Source of the DNA: Octopus sinensis | Lineage: Eukaryota | Length of the DNA: 64,000 nucleotides | Direction of reading: 5' to 3' | Assembly (NCBI RefSeq): GCF_006345805.1 | Contig: NC_043001.1 | Coordinates: 89,156,001-89,220,000 of the forward strand | Made by a program: the position numbers and the translations under genes | The notes under the pieces: generated by a model | Databases searched by the model: none | The model's input: the letters and a program-made list of their open reading frames with translations, nothing else | What the model was told of the DNA's origin: nothing | In this document: positions 1 to 12,029 of the stretch, piece after piece | Layout of the letters: every line of letters begins with the position of its first letter | Position numbering within the stretch: the first letter of the stretch is position 1

Positions 1-17
1 TGTGCCAAAATTAGATA

Positions 18-157
18 GAATTATTAAGCTACTGTTGGAACATAAATTAACATGAAATTTTAAGGGAAAGTTTTAAAATCTAGATCATATAAAAATGAAA
101 ATGTATGAATCATGCAACTCAAAGCTGTCTGAGGCAGGTTGTTATCAAAAGAGTTGA
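18..157 (+). mobile_element. Partial piggyBac-type MITE (same family as 12497-12710 and 63508-63775)
   Basis: Shares 'ttaagct..tgttggaacataaatt' with 12497-12710 and ends in a decayed TIR-like 'ttatcaaaagagttga'. Confidence 0.45.
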
Positions 158-389
158 TGTGTACTTTTGTATATTTACAAAGTAATCCATTCACAACCTT
201 TTTAGCAGCCACATAGAAACTGCACTTCATTAAAGGTGTCAGAAAAGAAGGGAGAAATATATCCACAGTATTTTGGATCATTTTCACTTGCTGCATTGAG
301 AGGAAGGATTAGTGCCCATGGTTTTTTGAAGACCCTCCAAGACTGATGAAATGATTGATGTCATTAATGCTCCTCTTGAACCTCCATAA

Positions 390-850
390 GTTAATGCCTG
401 AGATAAAGACATGAGCAGAGAAGGGACTCTAGAGTGTCAATATCCTGGGATTAGTGATTAGTGTGAAGGTTGAACTCAACAAGGATGATGAGAGGAGGAG
501 AGGTGAGTGGAATAAAAATTCCTGATTAGAGGTAAAATGAGCTCAACCAGGGGGAAAGATTGCAAGTGGAAGCAGTGAATGTATGAGATAGAGTCTAAAG
601 CATGTACGTGAGTGATTTCATGCCAATCAACTGGGTGGCCCTTCTTTAGATGCAGTCTACAAAGTTTGGATGCAGCAATACCAGCACCATTCCAGGTGTG
701 AGAACAATGATGTATTGTGGACCTTATCTGAGCTTTGAATAATATCAATAATTGTGACTGTCTATCGTCTAACCCTGAAGAGAAAAGCCTGTTGTTGAGA
801 TGCAATCCTTGCTAACATACTTGCTAAAGATGAACTTCTGCCAGGAGAGA
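390..850 (-). mobile_element. Decayed CR1/L2-type LINE, post-RT C-terminal fragment
   Basis: Minus-strand translation 'QLLILFKAQIRSTIHHCSHTW' resembles the L.LYKA.IRP.LEYCS..W motif of CR1/L2 ORF2; frameshifts and stops follow. Confidence 0.5.
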
Positions 851-1644
851 TCCTTGGTCATAGTGAGACCCAACAATTAAGGCAATTGTTGGGGCTCTAC
901 TTGAATGTTGTTCATGATCAAGACAGATTATGGTACTCTGATGTTTTTACTTGATATGAGTTGCATTTATATTTTGTTGTTGAAGGAGACGAGATTAGCA
1001 TATCCCTATTGGTAGATCCTTTCATGATCCTTGTTCAGTATATGTTCATGAGAAGATAACATTAGTCAACTAATATTATTCTTATTCTCACCCCATATCT
1101 ATTTTTAGTTTAGATATTTAATGCTCCGTGAATTAAATATGTTGACACCTTTTTCTCTATTCTTTAAATGTTTTGTTACCTTTGACTCATCAACCTATTT
1201 TAATAATTATAATGACAGATTCATTAGAGCAATGGACAAAATGCCGTGCAGTGTATAGTTACTGTTTTCTTATGACTCTTAAGTCAAATCCCATTGAAAT
1301 CAACTTTACTTACCATCCTCTTAGGTTGTCGTAAAACACTGAGCCAAATTTATCTACTGTACCATTCCTAAAATTGACTCCCTTGTGCCAGTGTTAGAAA
1401 TCAATAAGTATCAATTTTAATCAATTCTAGTTTGTCTCTATCTGTTAACTTGTTGCAAAAAAAAAATTAAAATAAAAAAAGAAATACGGGGCTGCTGTCT
1501 TATTAGCTTGTATCCCTTCCTTAAATGAGTCATTTATGTAAGTATTGTGTCTTCTTAAAGAATACTCATTGGAATATAACATGTAGTCATTTTTGAGTTT
1601 CACTCTCTCTCATTATCTGATAGATACATACTACCATGCACATT

Positions 1645-1647
1645 CTC

Positions 1648-1692
<45 letters not shown>

Positions 1693-1697
1693 ATCTC

Positions 1698-1772
<75 letters not shown>

Positions 1773-1912
1773 CCAGCTATTTATCTATTTATCTGTCTCT
1801 GTATCTCACTCTTTATCTATCTATTTGTCTGTCTGTTTAGCTATCTATTTATCTGTCTATTTATCTATCTCCACCTGTTTATTTGGTTGTCTCTCTTTAT
1901 CCCACTCTTTAT

Positions 1913-1955
<43 letters not shown>

Positions 1956-1990
1956 AATATCTCTCTTTATCTATCTGTATCTCTCTATAT
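1645..1990. repeat. Compound microsatellite (CT)n/(CTAT)n with decayed extension
   Basis: Visible directly; explains ORFs 1593-2057 and 1636-1956. Confidence 0.97.
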
Positions 1991-2221
1991 ATACCTACCT
2001 ACCTACTCAACAGAAGGCAAATCAAGCTTGTTGGCCTATCTTTCTTTATATCTGTAACTATATTTTATGATTGTTATTTTTATTGATGCTGTTTAGTATA
2101 GCTCTTGCTATTGCTATGTAACCATACATAACATACAGCAATAAAGACATCACTTTCTACAACAATGACTATAATTTTGAATGAAAGGAAAAGGGTGACA
2201 CAGTATTTGTCTACTTGTTAG

Positions 2222-2414
2222 TCTATCATCATCATCATCATCATCATCGTTTAACGTCCGTTTTCCGCGCTAGCACGGGTTGGACGGTTTCGACCGGGGT
2301 CTGGGGAGCTCGGGACTGCCCCAGGCTCCAGTCTAGTCTGGCAGTGTTTCTACAGCTGGATGCCCTTCCTAACGCCAACCACTCCGCGAGTGTAGTGGGT
2401 GTTTTTTACGTGCC
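2222..2414 (-). mobile_element. RTE 3'UTR-derived short retroelement (family C) with (GAT)n tail
   Basis: (CAT)n followed by 'cgtttaacgtccg...ctacagctggatgcccttcctaacgccaaccactcc', recurring at more than 12 places in the window. Confidence 0.85.
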
Positions 2415-2654
2415 ATGCATATAGCAATATGTATTTTTATGTGCACATGTATATAAATCTCTTGTTAGTTTGTGTATTATTATAATATCGAATGAATATT
2501 TATATTAACATTGCTATGTGTACATATATACATTAGTATGTGTATTAACAATCTATAATACTATAGATAATAGTAAATTTACTAACTTTCATGCTGACAC
2601 TAGTTATTGTTCCTCTCTGTGTATAGGAATGCTTGCAGGTGTCTGTATGCAATG

Positions 2655-2704
2655 GATGTGTGTGTGTGTATCTTTATGTTTGTGTTAGTGTTACATGTCA
2701 ATGC

Positions 2705-2769
<65 letters not shown>

Positions 2770-3205
2770 CTTTATATTTGTTATGTATGACTTTTTTATT
2801 GCATTGTTTTGTGAGGTGTGTCTGTGTGTACATAACTCTGTCTTTATGAATGTGCATGGCAGTGATATATGGGTTTTTATTTGATTTAACTTAAATATGA
2901 TGTTGTGTGTGTATGTATGTATGTATGTACGTATGTCGTTATTCAGTTTTATTTCAAGATTTCTTGCCAATAGAAAAAGAGCCGGTTTCTAACCTAGATC
3001 CAAAATTCCTTCATTGGAATTTCAACATCAGCAACTGGGTATTTTTGTTAGTTTGTATGTGTGTATGTGTGTATGTATGTATGTATGTATGTATGTATGT
3101 ATGTATGCACATGTATGTATGTATGTATGTATGTATGTATGTATGTATGTATGTATGTATGTATGTATGTATGTATGCACATGTGTGTGTGTGTGTGTGT
3201 GTATG
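2655..3205. repeat. Cluster of (TG)n, (TA)n and (TATG)n microsatellites
   Basis: Visible directly. Confidence 0.95.
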
Positions 3206-3331
3206 TAGATATGCAGATTTGTATGTTTTGTTTTATGTATGTATTCTCATGCATATAGTTGCATATCTAATCATGCTCATGTATATTTAAATGATAAACT
3301 TCTGGAATGTTTTACAGATTTTTACAGTTGG
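2936..3331 (+). repeat. Unclassified interspersed repeat, copy 1 (interrupted by a TATG array)
   Basis: Colinear with 5160-5403: 'ttttatttcaagattt...ccggtttctaac.tagatccaa' and 'gcagatttgtatgttt...atgataaacttctggaa'. Confidence 0.75.
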
Positions 3332-4232
3332 AGTTTTGTGATGAGAAAGAGTTTTGTGTGGCAAACACGTGGTTTAGAAAAACAGACAAAAGGAAGGTGA
3401 CTTTCAGTGCAGGAGGGAATGAGACAGAAATTGACTTTGTGTTGGTTGGCAGGAAAAACAGAAAGTATCTGAGAGATGTGAAGACAATATCAGGGGTGTT
3501 GCAGCACAGGTTGGTGGTTGCTGACTTGGATAGGAGGAAAATTAAAAAGTGTGTGAGAAAGGGAAAGGTTGAGTGGAAAAAATTGTGGAAACTGAAGGAA
3601 GAAGAAACAAGAGCAAGATTTGAGGACTTGGTAAGCATTGATGCACCAGATTTGTGGAAGTCTTTTAAAGAAGGGGTACTAGGTACTGTGACAAAGTATG
3701 TGGAAGGACGAAAGGTAGGAGAGATCGAGGAAATATGTGGTGGTGGAAGGAGGAGGTGAGGGATGCTGCAATACTGTATGGGAGTGAGACATAGTGTCTG
3801 AGGAAGAGAGAGATGGTAATTTTGAGAAGGACTGAGAGAGAGCTATGGTGAGAGAAATGTTTGGGGTGAAGCTGTTTGATAAGAGGAGGACTGAGGATTT
3901 GAGAGGAATGCTGGGATTGGAGGAATCAGTGGAATGGTTGGCAATGGCGAATGGAGTGAGGTGGTATGGGCATGTGTTGAGGAGGGATGAAGAGCATGTT
4001 CTGAGGAGGGTGATTGCATTTAAGGTAAATGGAGCGCAAAAGCAAGGTAGACCAAGGAAAAGGTGGAGGGGACAGGTGGAGGAGGAGATTGGGAGGGTTG
4101 GTTTAAAAAAGGAGGTGGCCCAAAACCGGGCGAGATGGCGTAAGGGTAGTTGCTATGACATTGAGGTAGATCTGGCCACCCCCTTTAATGGGGACAAAAC
4201 CCAGATTTAAAACACTGGATGATGATGATGAG
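3332..4232 (+). mobile_element. RTE-clade LINE remnant: endonuclease end joined directly to the C-terminus, RT domain missing
   Basis: 'FCVANTWFRK..TFSAGGNETEIDFVLV...QHRLVVADL' (APE endonuclease) then 'AILYGSET..NGVRWYGHVLRR..GRPRKRW'; (GAT)n tail at about 4220-4232. Confidence 0.9.
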
Positions 4233-4361
4233 TGATGGATTAGATCTGTAGTCTTCAAATTAGCTTTCTCCTTTCTAGTTTTGAGAAACATAATATCTCA
4301 AGATTGGTATTTACGCAGTGTGTTACATATCCCAGGGCCCCAATAATGTATGTATGTATAT

Positions 4362-4560
4362 ATCAGGTCACCCTTATGTCCTACTGGTAACATGTAACCC
4401 AGTACAACCTATTACATGGTCGGGGCATTGACAACTAAACTGGCAACCCCACCATGCTTACTTGGTGAGGAGGGTGACTATTGGACACCCTGCAGAATAA
4501 AATCAAGACCCATCAAAGGGTAGACGAACTCAGAAAAGTCAGCAGCCATCCAATAAAGTA
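4362..4560 (+). mobile_element. 5' end fragment of an RTE family, related to 57560-57755
   Basis: 'ggtcac..ctactggtaacatg..caactaaactggcaacccc..gaggaggg' matches the reverse complement of 57560-57755. Confidence 0.65.
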
Positions 4561-5159
4561 TGTAAAGTTGTGTGTACGTTTGTGTATATTGTGTGTATTT
4601 TTTTAATGAATTTTTATAAATAATTTTATATGTATTATGTGTATGGCAACTTTTTCTCTTTTTTTTGTATACATCTATATATTTTTTATGCTTTTATTTG
4701 CATTATGTATATATGTACTTATATTTTTTTATCTTGTTCAGTGTGTATGATGGTGTGTATTCATTATTATTAACTTTATGGCTGTTAATGTGTGTGCATG
4801 TGTCAGTGGAAGTGCATGTAAAACTCCTACAATGGGTGGATATTAGCTCTTTAGTCTTGGATGACAAGCTATCTAGGAGAAAGATACCCCAAAATTAAAC
4901 CTGCAGTCTCAAAGAGCATCCATTGATGAAGATCTATTCCTCTTTATGGGTTATGCTTTTGGTAATTAGAGAGAGAGTGGGATTGGGTGAGTGCAAGCTC
5001 TCTCCTCACTTTAAAAAGTTTCTGAAATGGTTATTGCTTGAGCAAATTTTGCTGAAGTTACATGAGCTCAATGAATGAGGCTGATCGTAGCCTGAAAAAA
5101 AAGCTTAAATACAATTATGAGATCCATATATGTATGTGTGTGTGTGTGTGTGTGTGTAG

Positions 5160-5403
5160 GTATGACATTATTCAATTTTATTTCAAGATTTATTGTCAAT
5201 AAAGATCCGGTTTCTAACTTAGATCCAAGGCTCCTTCACTGGGATTTCAACAACATCCACCGGGTACTTTTGTATTGTATATGTGCAGATTTGTATGTTT
5301 TATTTCATGTATGTATTCTCATGCACGTGGTTGCATTTCTAGACATGCTCATATATACTTAAATGATAAACTTCTGGAAAGTTTAATAAATTTTTACAGT
5401 TTC
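5160..5403 (+). repeat. Unclassified interspersed repeat, copy 2
   Basis: Colinear with 2936-3331. Confidence 0.75.
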
Positions 5404-5704
5404 ATATATGTATGTATGCATGTATGTACATACATATGTATGTATTGTTGAGAGTCTTGACTGAGTTGAATGACTAGGTGTGATATTTGAATGACTATGC
5501 GTGATACTTGAATGAGTAGGTGTGATCTTTGAAAGGCAAGGAAAGATCACGCTGGCTTACCATCAACTGTAGTCTAGAATGCCTAGCTTTCACGTGGATT
5601 ACACTGCTGTAGATAAAGTTATTGAAGGGTGAAGGATGTCTCATCTGTGTAAGAGTATATTTGTGTTTAGAAGTAACTACACTAAAAAAATGTTTGTCTA
5701 TGTG

Positions 5705-5881
5705 TATGTGTGGTAAGAAGCTTGCTTCCTAACCACATGGTTCCAGGTTCAGTCTCACTGCATGGCACCTTGGGCAAGTGTTTCCTACTATAACCTTGGG
5801 CCAACCAAAGCCTTGTGAGTGGATTTGGTAGATGGAAACTGAAAGAAGCCTGTTGTGTATATATATATTTATATATATATA

Positions 5882-5918
<37 letters not shown>

Positions 5919-6135
5919 GTGAATGTTTCTTTGTGTCTATTTTTATCCCTCCATCACTGCTTGACAAATGGTGTATTTACATCCCTGTAACTTAGTGGTT
6001 TGGAAAAAGAGACTGATAGAATAAGTACTAGGCTTTAAAAAATAAGTCCTGTGGTCGATTTGTTTGACTAAACCCTCCAAGGCAATGCTCCAGCATGGCT
6101 ACAGTTATATGACTAAAACAAGTAAAAGAATAAAA
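5705..6135 (+). mobile_element. tRNA-derived SINE, family B
   Basis: Head 'gtgtggtaagaagcttgcttcctaaccacatggttccaggttcagtc' with A/B-box-like motifs, central 'ccttgggcaagtgt...ggatttggtagatggaaactgaaagaagcc', internal microsatellite. Confidence 0.85.
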
Positions 6136-7185
6136 GAATAAAAGGAGTGGTTTGAGGGGACAGAACCAAATCCTGCTGCACAGTGGAAATAACAGAATGT
6201 GGATTAGAGAAGTTCCATTGATCCATGTTGTAATGCATTGCCTATCCATAACATGAGACATGGATAGATAATTGACAATTATTCCAGAAGGTTCTCATGT
6301 CATGGTTATAGGTTTTGATGATTTCAATAGCAACTACTAAAATTCTTAACAGTGGGAGACCAAAGATTTTTAATGTATGAAAGCAAGTTTCCAGTAGATC
6401 TGGATCTATGAAAGCTGTATAACTTATGATTTGTATACTTTATTTTTCAACCTTCTTTCCCTGGTGACTGTAGGGGTCTATCTTTTTTCCTTTCTAATTA
6501 AAACTGTTGCTTTTGCTCTGTTTATTTTTGAGGTTTTATTTCCATGTTTGGAATTTTTTCTCTAAATCTTCAACAGATTCAGCTATGAGAAATAAGCCAT
6601 CAATACACATGGGTTCCCACAGGCAGCCAGTTTTAAAGTCCTTTCTGTTATGGCCTGGTGAACTATATAAAAAATTATTTGAGGGAGCTGAGAACCATGC
6701 CCTAATGAACACCTACCTACACATTAAAATTGTCAATGAACTCATTGGCAACTCTGGCCCTACTGATTGCATCCCTGTGTGTTACTTGCACAACTCTCAT
6801 TCATCTACACTACTTTCTCAAAGACATGAAGTCAGGAAAACACTTTAGTCTTATCTAGGACATGGTTACCTCTCTAATGCTTTACATTCTGTAAAGTGTT
6901 GTGTCAAGCAGACCCTTTAAGTTTCTTGAAGACATGATAACTTCTTTAGAGTTGGTGTCATAAAAAATGCACCCACTAAACTCTGTTAAAATGGTTGAAG
7001 TTCAAAATGATACTCAGTCATAGAAACTAAGCCCCAATATGGAAAGTACCAGCAAAGTACAATTCTTTGACTTGTCCAGGTGAGCAATACCTCTGAATAA
7101 GTACTGAATTGGACTGTGTGTCTAACCCATGCCAGTATGTAAAAAGCGGATGTAAAATGATGACAAAAACTGTGACAGTGTGTTT

Positions 7186-7563
7186 TTTTTTTTTGGTAGC
7201 ACTCCGTCAGTTAGGACGACGAGGGTTCCAGTTGATCCGATCATTGGAACAACCTGCTCGTGAAATTAACGTGCAAATGGCTGAGCACTCCACAGATACA
7301 CATACCCTTAACGTAGTTCTCGGGGAGATTCAGCGTGACACAGAGTGTGACAAGGCTGGCCCTTTGAAATACAGGTACAACAGAAACAGGAAGATGGAGT
7401 GAGAGAAAGTTATGGTGAAAGAGTACAGCAGGGTTCGCCACCATCCCCTGCCAGAGCCTCGTGGAGCTTTAAGTGTTTTTGCTCAATAAACACTCACAAC
7501 ACCTGGTGTGGGAATCGAAACCGCAAGTCCGCTACCCTAACCACTGGGCTATTGCACCTCCAC
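7186..7563 (-). mobile_element. tRNA-derived SINE, family E
   Basis: Minus strand begins 'gtggaggtgcaatagcccagtggttagggtagcggacttgcggtttcgattccc' (A and B boxes) and ends in an A-tail; CpGs retained. Confidence 0.8.
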
Positions 7564-7809
7564 TGTGACAATGTAGTAACAGCATATATATACACATATG
7601 CATATATCAGATATGGGAGTGTCTTTAAGGTGTTAGTTGCTAAGAGAGCATACCACGATAGGCTTCATGTCATGGAAAGTGTTGATAGAAGGAGGGTTGG
7701 TGTGCGAGTGAGAGAGGGAGGAAGAGATAGCAATGTATATCCGAGAATCCAAAACTCGTTGAAAAATATTTATGCTTTCCTAGCATGCAGCAATAATTGA
7801 TTAGCAACT

Positions 7810-8290
7810 ATAGTAATTCTTTCTACTATAGGCACAAGGCCTGAAAATTTGGTTTGAAAGGGATAGTCAATTACATTGACCCCAGTGCTTGACTTGTTCT
7901 TTTATAATTGACCCTGTAAGGATAAAAGATAAAATTGACCTCAGCAGAATTTGAGCTCAACAGAATTTGAGCGCAGATAGGCGGTAAGCTGGCAGAAACA
8001 TTAGCATGCTGGGCAAAATGCCTAGCGGTATTTCATCTGCCATTTCGTTCTGAGTTCAAATTCCGCCAAGGTCGACTTTGCCTTTCATCCTTTTGGGGTC
8101 GATAAATTAAGTATCAGTTACACACTGAGGTCGATGTAATCGACATAATCCCTTTGTCTGTCCTTGTTTGTCCCCTCTATGTTTAGCCCCTTGTGGGCAA
8201 TAAAGAAGTAAGAATTTGAGCTTGGATTGTAAAATCAGAAGAAATGCCATTAACCGTTTTGTTCAGCATGCTACTGATTCTGCAAGCCCA
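7810..8290. mobile_element. Nested SINEs: plus-strand family A copy (about 7979-8210) inside an older minus-strand family A copy
   Basis: Older copy stops at 'agaatttgagc' (about 7960) and resumes with the same motif at about 8211. Confidence 0.75.
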
Positions 8291-8544
8291 CTGCCCTATT
8301 AGTAGCAATAATTATATTAATTTGAAATAACAATTTGTGAATACATCTAGCTTATCTTATTTTTTGGTTGTCTCGGTTCTAAATGTATTAAAAACCAGGT
8401 GTCTATATACTTAAATACTTGCTTTGTTAGCTTACTCTCATTTGTATATATTAATGTATGAAGATTAGGCTATAAAAGTGTAGATTCTAAAATGTGTGTT
8501 GCTCACTCTCTCTTTCTCGTTCTGACATAGATATTTGTGTGTAT

Positions 8545-8762
8545 TGATACACACACACATATATGCACACATACAATCGCACACAAATACACACAACCAT
8601 GCCCAAATACATACACATTTATACAATACACAGACACACAGGCATACACACACACATACACAGACACATTCATGCGTACATAGACATGTACTCATGCATA
8701 CACTGACACACACTCATGCATACACACGCACACACGCACACACACACACACATACACACACA
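8545..8762. repeat. Degenerate (CA)n/(CATA)n microsatellite
   Basis: Visible directly. Confidence 0.9.
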
Positions 8763-8994
8763 CAGAGGAGAATCTTCCAAATCATGGAATTCTATGTTCC
8801 TGAGCTCCTTGCTATTTTGGTAAAGATTTCCATATTATAATTTGAGATGTGTTTTGATGGAATTTTTAGGAATAAAAGTAATTTATCTACTTTTATATAA
8901 ATATAAATTATTAAATACATAGAGAACAGTATGTCTACAAAAAAAAACATTTGAATGATTTTTATCACAATTAGGATTTTTTTATTAGCAAAGA

Positions 8995-9290
8995 CTTGCG
9001 AAGCTTCCTCTGTAAGAGTCAACCTTTTAACTATATTCTATACATTCAGTATCATATGCTCCTCATTTGACAAACTTTCTCTATGGAACACTTTCAGTCA
9101 ACCACATAATCTTCTATCACTTTTTCAAAGCCTACAACATTTGCCAGTGTCAGTCGTTTGCTGAACATCTATGAAGTCATGAATAGAGTTTAGTTATATG
9201 TCTTACCAAATACCATTCATAATTTATGGTTTCACTTCATTCTACAACTTCATTATCTTCTTCCGAGCATCCATAATGTTAAACTTTTAC
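8995..9290 (-). mobile_element. pogo/Tigger-like transposase C-terminal fragment
   Basis: Frame-shifted pieces 'NGIW..HDF', 'LANVVGFEKVIEDYV' and 'HRESLSNEE' resemble the Tigger C-terminus (GVW..DF.GF..A..VGF.EV.E.DV.ELL.SH.E.LS.EEL). Confidence 0.55.
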
Positions 9291-9364
9291 TGAGAGTCTC
9301 TGAACTAAATGCTTCCCCTTGCTCTCACCATCAATTGCTTACTCTCTTTTTTCTTTTACACCTT

Positions 9365-9742
9365 TTTAATTGCTTCAGTCATTTGACTGCAGCCATGCTG
9401 GAGCACCACCTTTAGTCGAGCAAATCGACCTCAGGACTTATTCTTTGTAAGCCTAGTACTTATTCTATCGGTCTCTTTCGCCGAACCGCTAAGTTACGGG
9501 GATGTAAACACACCAGCATCAGTTGTCAAATGATGTTGGGGGGGACAAACACAGATACACAAACATATACACACACATATATACGACAGGCTTCTTTCAG
9601 TTTCTGTCTACCAAATCCACTCACAAGGCTTTGGTCGGCCCGAGGCTATAGTAGAAGACACTTGCCCATGGTGCCACACAGTGGGACTGAACCTGGAACC
9701 ATGTGGTTGGTAAGCAAGCTACTACCACACAGCCACTCCTGT
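9365..9742 (-). mobile_element. tRNA-derived SINE, family B
   Basis: Reverse complement of the family B pattern, near full length. Confidence 0.88.
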
Positions 9743-10684
9743 GCATTGGATAATATGCTTTGTAATTAGTTATAACAGTTTGATCCATTCATTAGAGCAT
9801 AGAAGCTGTGTTCTTGAGAAAATATTCCATTCTCATGTTATTAGAAATTAGAAGATTAATGTTTTCTGTGTTTTTACAAATACTAACAGCAATAATTACA
9901 TACCAAGAGTGATATACTGCTGCAATTTACAACAAATTAACTGATATAGCAATCTGTGGCTAGCTGATCACAACTGAAAAGTAATTGTACTATATTCATG
10001 GCAATGAAATTTCCTGTTTGGCATCTACCATCTGTCTTAATCAGTTGGATGTGGAAATGAGAATGGAGACATCATGCAGCTGTCACATTTTGTGATTGCC
10101 ATCAGAAATTGCTTTTATATAGGGCACAATGAGAAAGTTCTGGAAAATTAAATCATGCAATGGCTTAACACTGATTGGTTGCTTAAAAAACTGATCACAT
10201 GAAACTACTGTAGTTTGATCGTGATGTCTGCTCAGCTACCTCACAATACGGTTTTGAATCATTCTCATGTTATTAGAAGAATTACTTAAATTCACTGGGT
10301 GACTTGCCACATTGACTAAAAGAGAGTATACATAATTGGAAACATTTTGTCTGGCATTGTTCCATTCTACGACATGGTAAAAATAGTTTATAAGCCAGTC
10401 TTAGAAATGGATGATAATCATCCATATGTTCATATTTGAATGTCAAATCACAGAGACATTAAATTGAGTGTAGACTTTGAAAGTCTTTGAATTTTGGAAG
10501 TGACTCACATGTAGGGGCTTTAATTTCATATCGCCAGCAGCATTTATGCCCTCAAGAAGCTTTAGAAGATTTCTTTTTAGAAATTTTAAAGCATGCTACT
10601 GATTTCACCTTATTAGAAATAAAAGTCCTTGTCGGTATGTGTGCCAAGAAATGCTCAGTTGCATTAACATTGTACACTTGTTCT

Positions 10685-10915
10685 TATTTCTTTATTGCCC
10701 ACAAGGGGCTAAACATAGAGGGAACAAACAAGGACAGACAAACGGATTAAGCTGATTACATCGACCCCAGTGCGCGACTGGTACTTAATTTATCGACCCC
10801 GAAAGGATGAAAGGCAAAGTCGACCTCGGCGGAATTTGAACTCAGAATGTAGCAGCAGACGAAATACCACTAAGCATTTCGCCCGGCGTGCTAACGTTTC
10901 TGCCAGCTCACCGCC
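10685..10915 (-). mobile_element. Young family A SINE with a 28-bp target-site duplication
   Basis: Flanked by agttgcattaa(c/t)attgtaca(c/a)ttgttct at 10658-10684 and 10916-10943; CpGs intact. Confidence 0.92.
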
Positions 10916-11743
10916 AGTTGCATTAATATTGTACAATTGTTCTGGTGTACAGTTTTCCTTAGCAATCATCCGGATAATTAGTAGTAGCCTCTGTATCAGC
11001 TCTAGTAAATACCATATTGTGCAAATTAAAGCATTTTTAAACCTTTCAAACTAGCTTTTAATCTCCAGAAAATGTTTCACTGACTACTTTTAATCACCAA
11101 AAGTTTCACTGACCACTTGCTGCTAATCTTGATACCAAGTTTTTTACTTAAACATGAATTACCAATAAAATCATTGGCATTTTACATCCAATGTGCTCCT
11201 CAATCCACACACTCGGGTGGGGCAGGCATTTCATTTTGTATATCACTTCAAATCTCTGGTAAAGACAATGTCTCAATTGTTATTTAAGCACTTGACCTTG
11301 ATCATCATTCATTGTTCTTACTGTAAGAGTCGCAAATGTCATGAGTGAGGTTGTTGTATTGTTGTGGTAGTCATGGTAGCTGCTGTTGTTGTTTCTGGTG
11401 ATTGAAAATGTATTTCTTGGGTTGCATGGAAAAGTAACTAACAACACTCGTGAACAATTAACAGAAGATTTATTGCTGCACATAATGCTTTCTGAGTTGG
11501 TCTTTTACAAAGACTAACAGCAATAATTACATACCAAGGAGGGACATACTGTATGACTTAAGACAAGTTAACTGATATAGCAATTTGTGGTTGGCCCACT
11601 TTATTATTGTATTGTGGTTCCAACCTGGGCCACAGCAACAAAGTCGACTCACCACACTTCTCAGTCCATCATCACTGCCTCAGAGTCCTGGATATATACC
11701 AGGCCAGTGTCTGCAATAAAGTTGTCAATGTATGTGTGACAAT

Positions 11744-12016
11744 GTGAAGTATATTTGCCACTTAAATGTGGCTAACCACTAAGGGTGGATGCTACTGTAG
11801 CTTGTAGCCCCAGGAGAACATCTTCTCCAGCTGGCTATTGATACACTTTCTGTGCCCTATCAGTATTTGCAAAGGGAAGCCATCCTTCCCATCATCGACC
11901 TGACATGATACACACGGACCCAAGTTTCTGGGTATTTACCCGTCATCAGCGCACGACAATCACCGGTCTTCTATACGAAGGGGTCCCAATGCAAACACAT
12001 ATTTATTATGTGTGAC
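11744..12016 (-). mobile_element. Probable Gypsy LTR
   Basis: On the minus strand it follows the integrase and a purine tract 'aagaagaggaaaac', begins TGTCACA and ends ..TCACA; related copies at 21815, 22503 and 32430. Confidence 0.5.
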
Positions 12017-12029
12017 AATGTTTTCCTCT

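Noticed and set aside
1593-3290. Many 60-150-aa ORFs rich in L/S/I/Y/V/C/M
   Set aside because: They are translations of (CT)n, (CTAT)n, (TA)n, (TG)n and (TATG)n arrays.
8765-8822. Possible small exon (cacAG ... RRIFQIMEFYVPELLAIL ... GTaaag)
   Set aside because: The acceptor is just the end of a CA repeat, the donor is weak, and the peptide has no recognisable homology.
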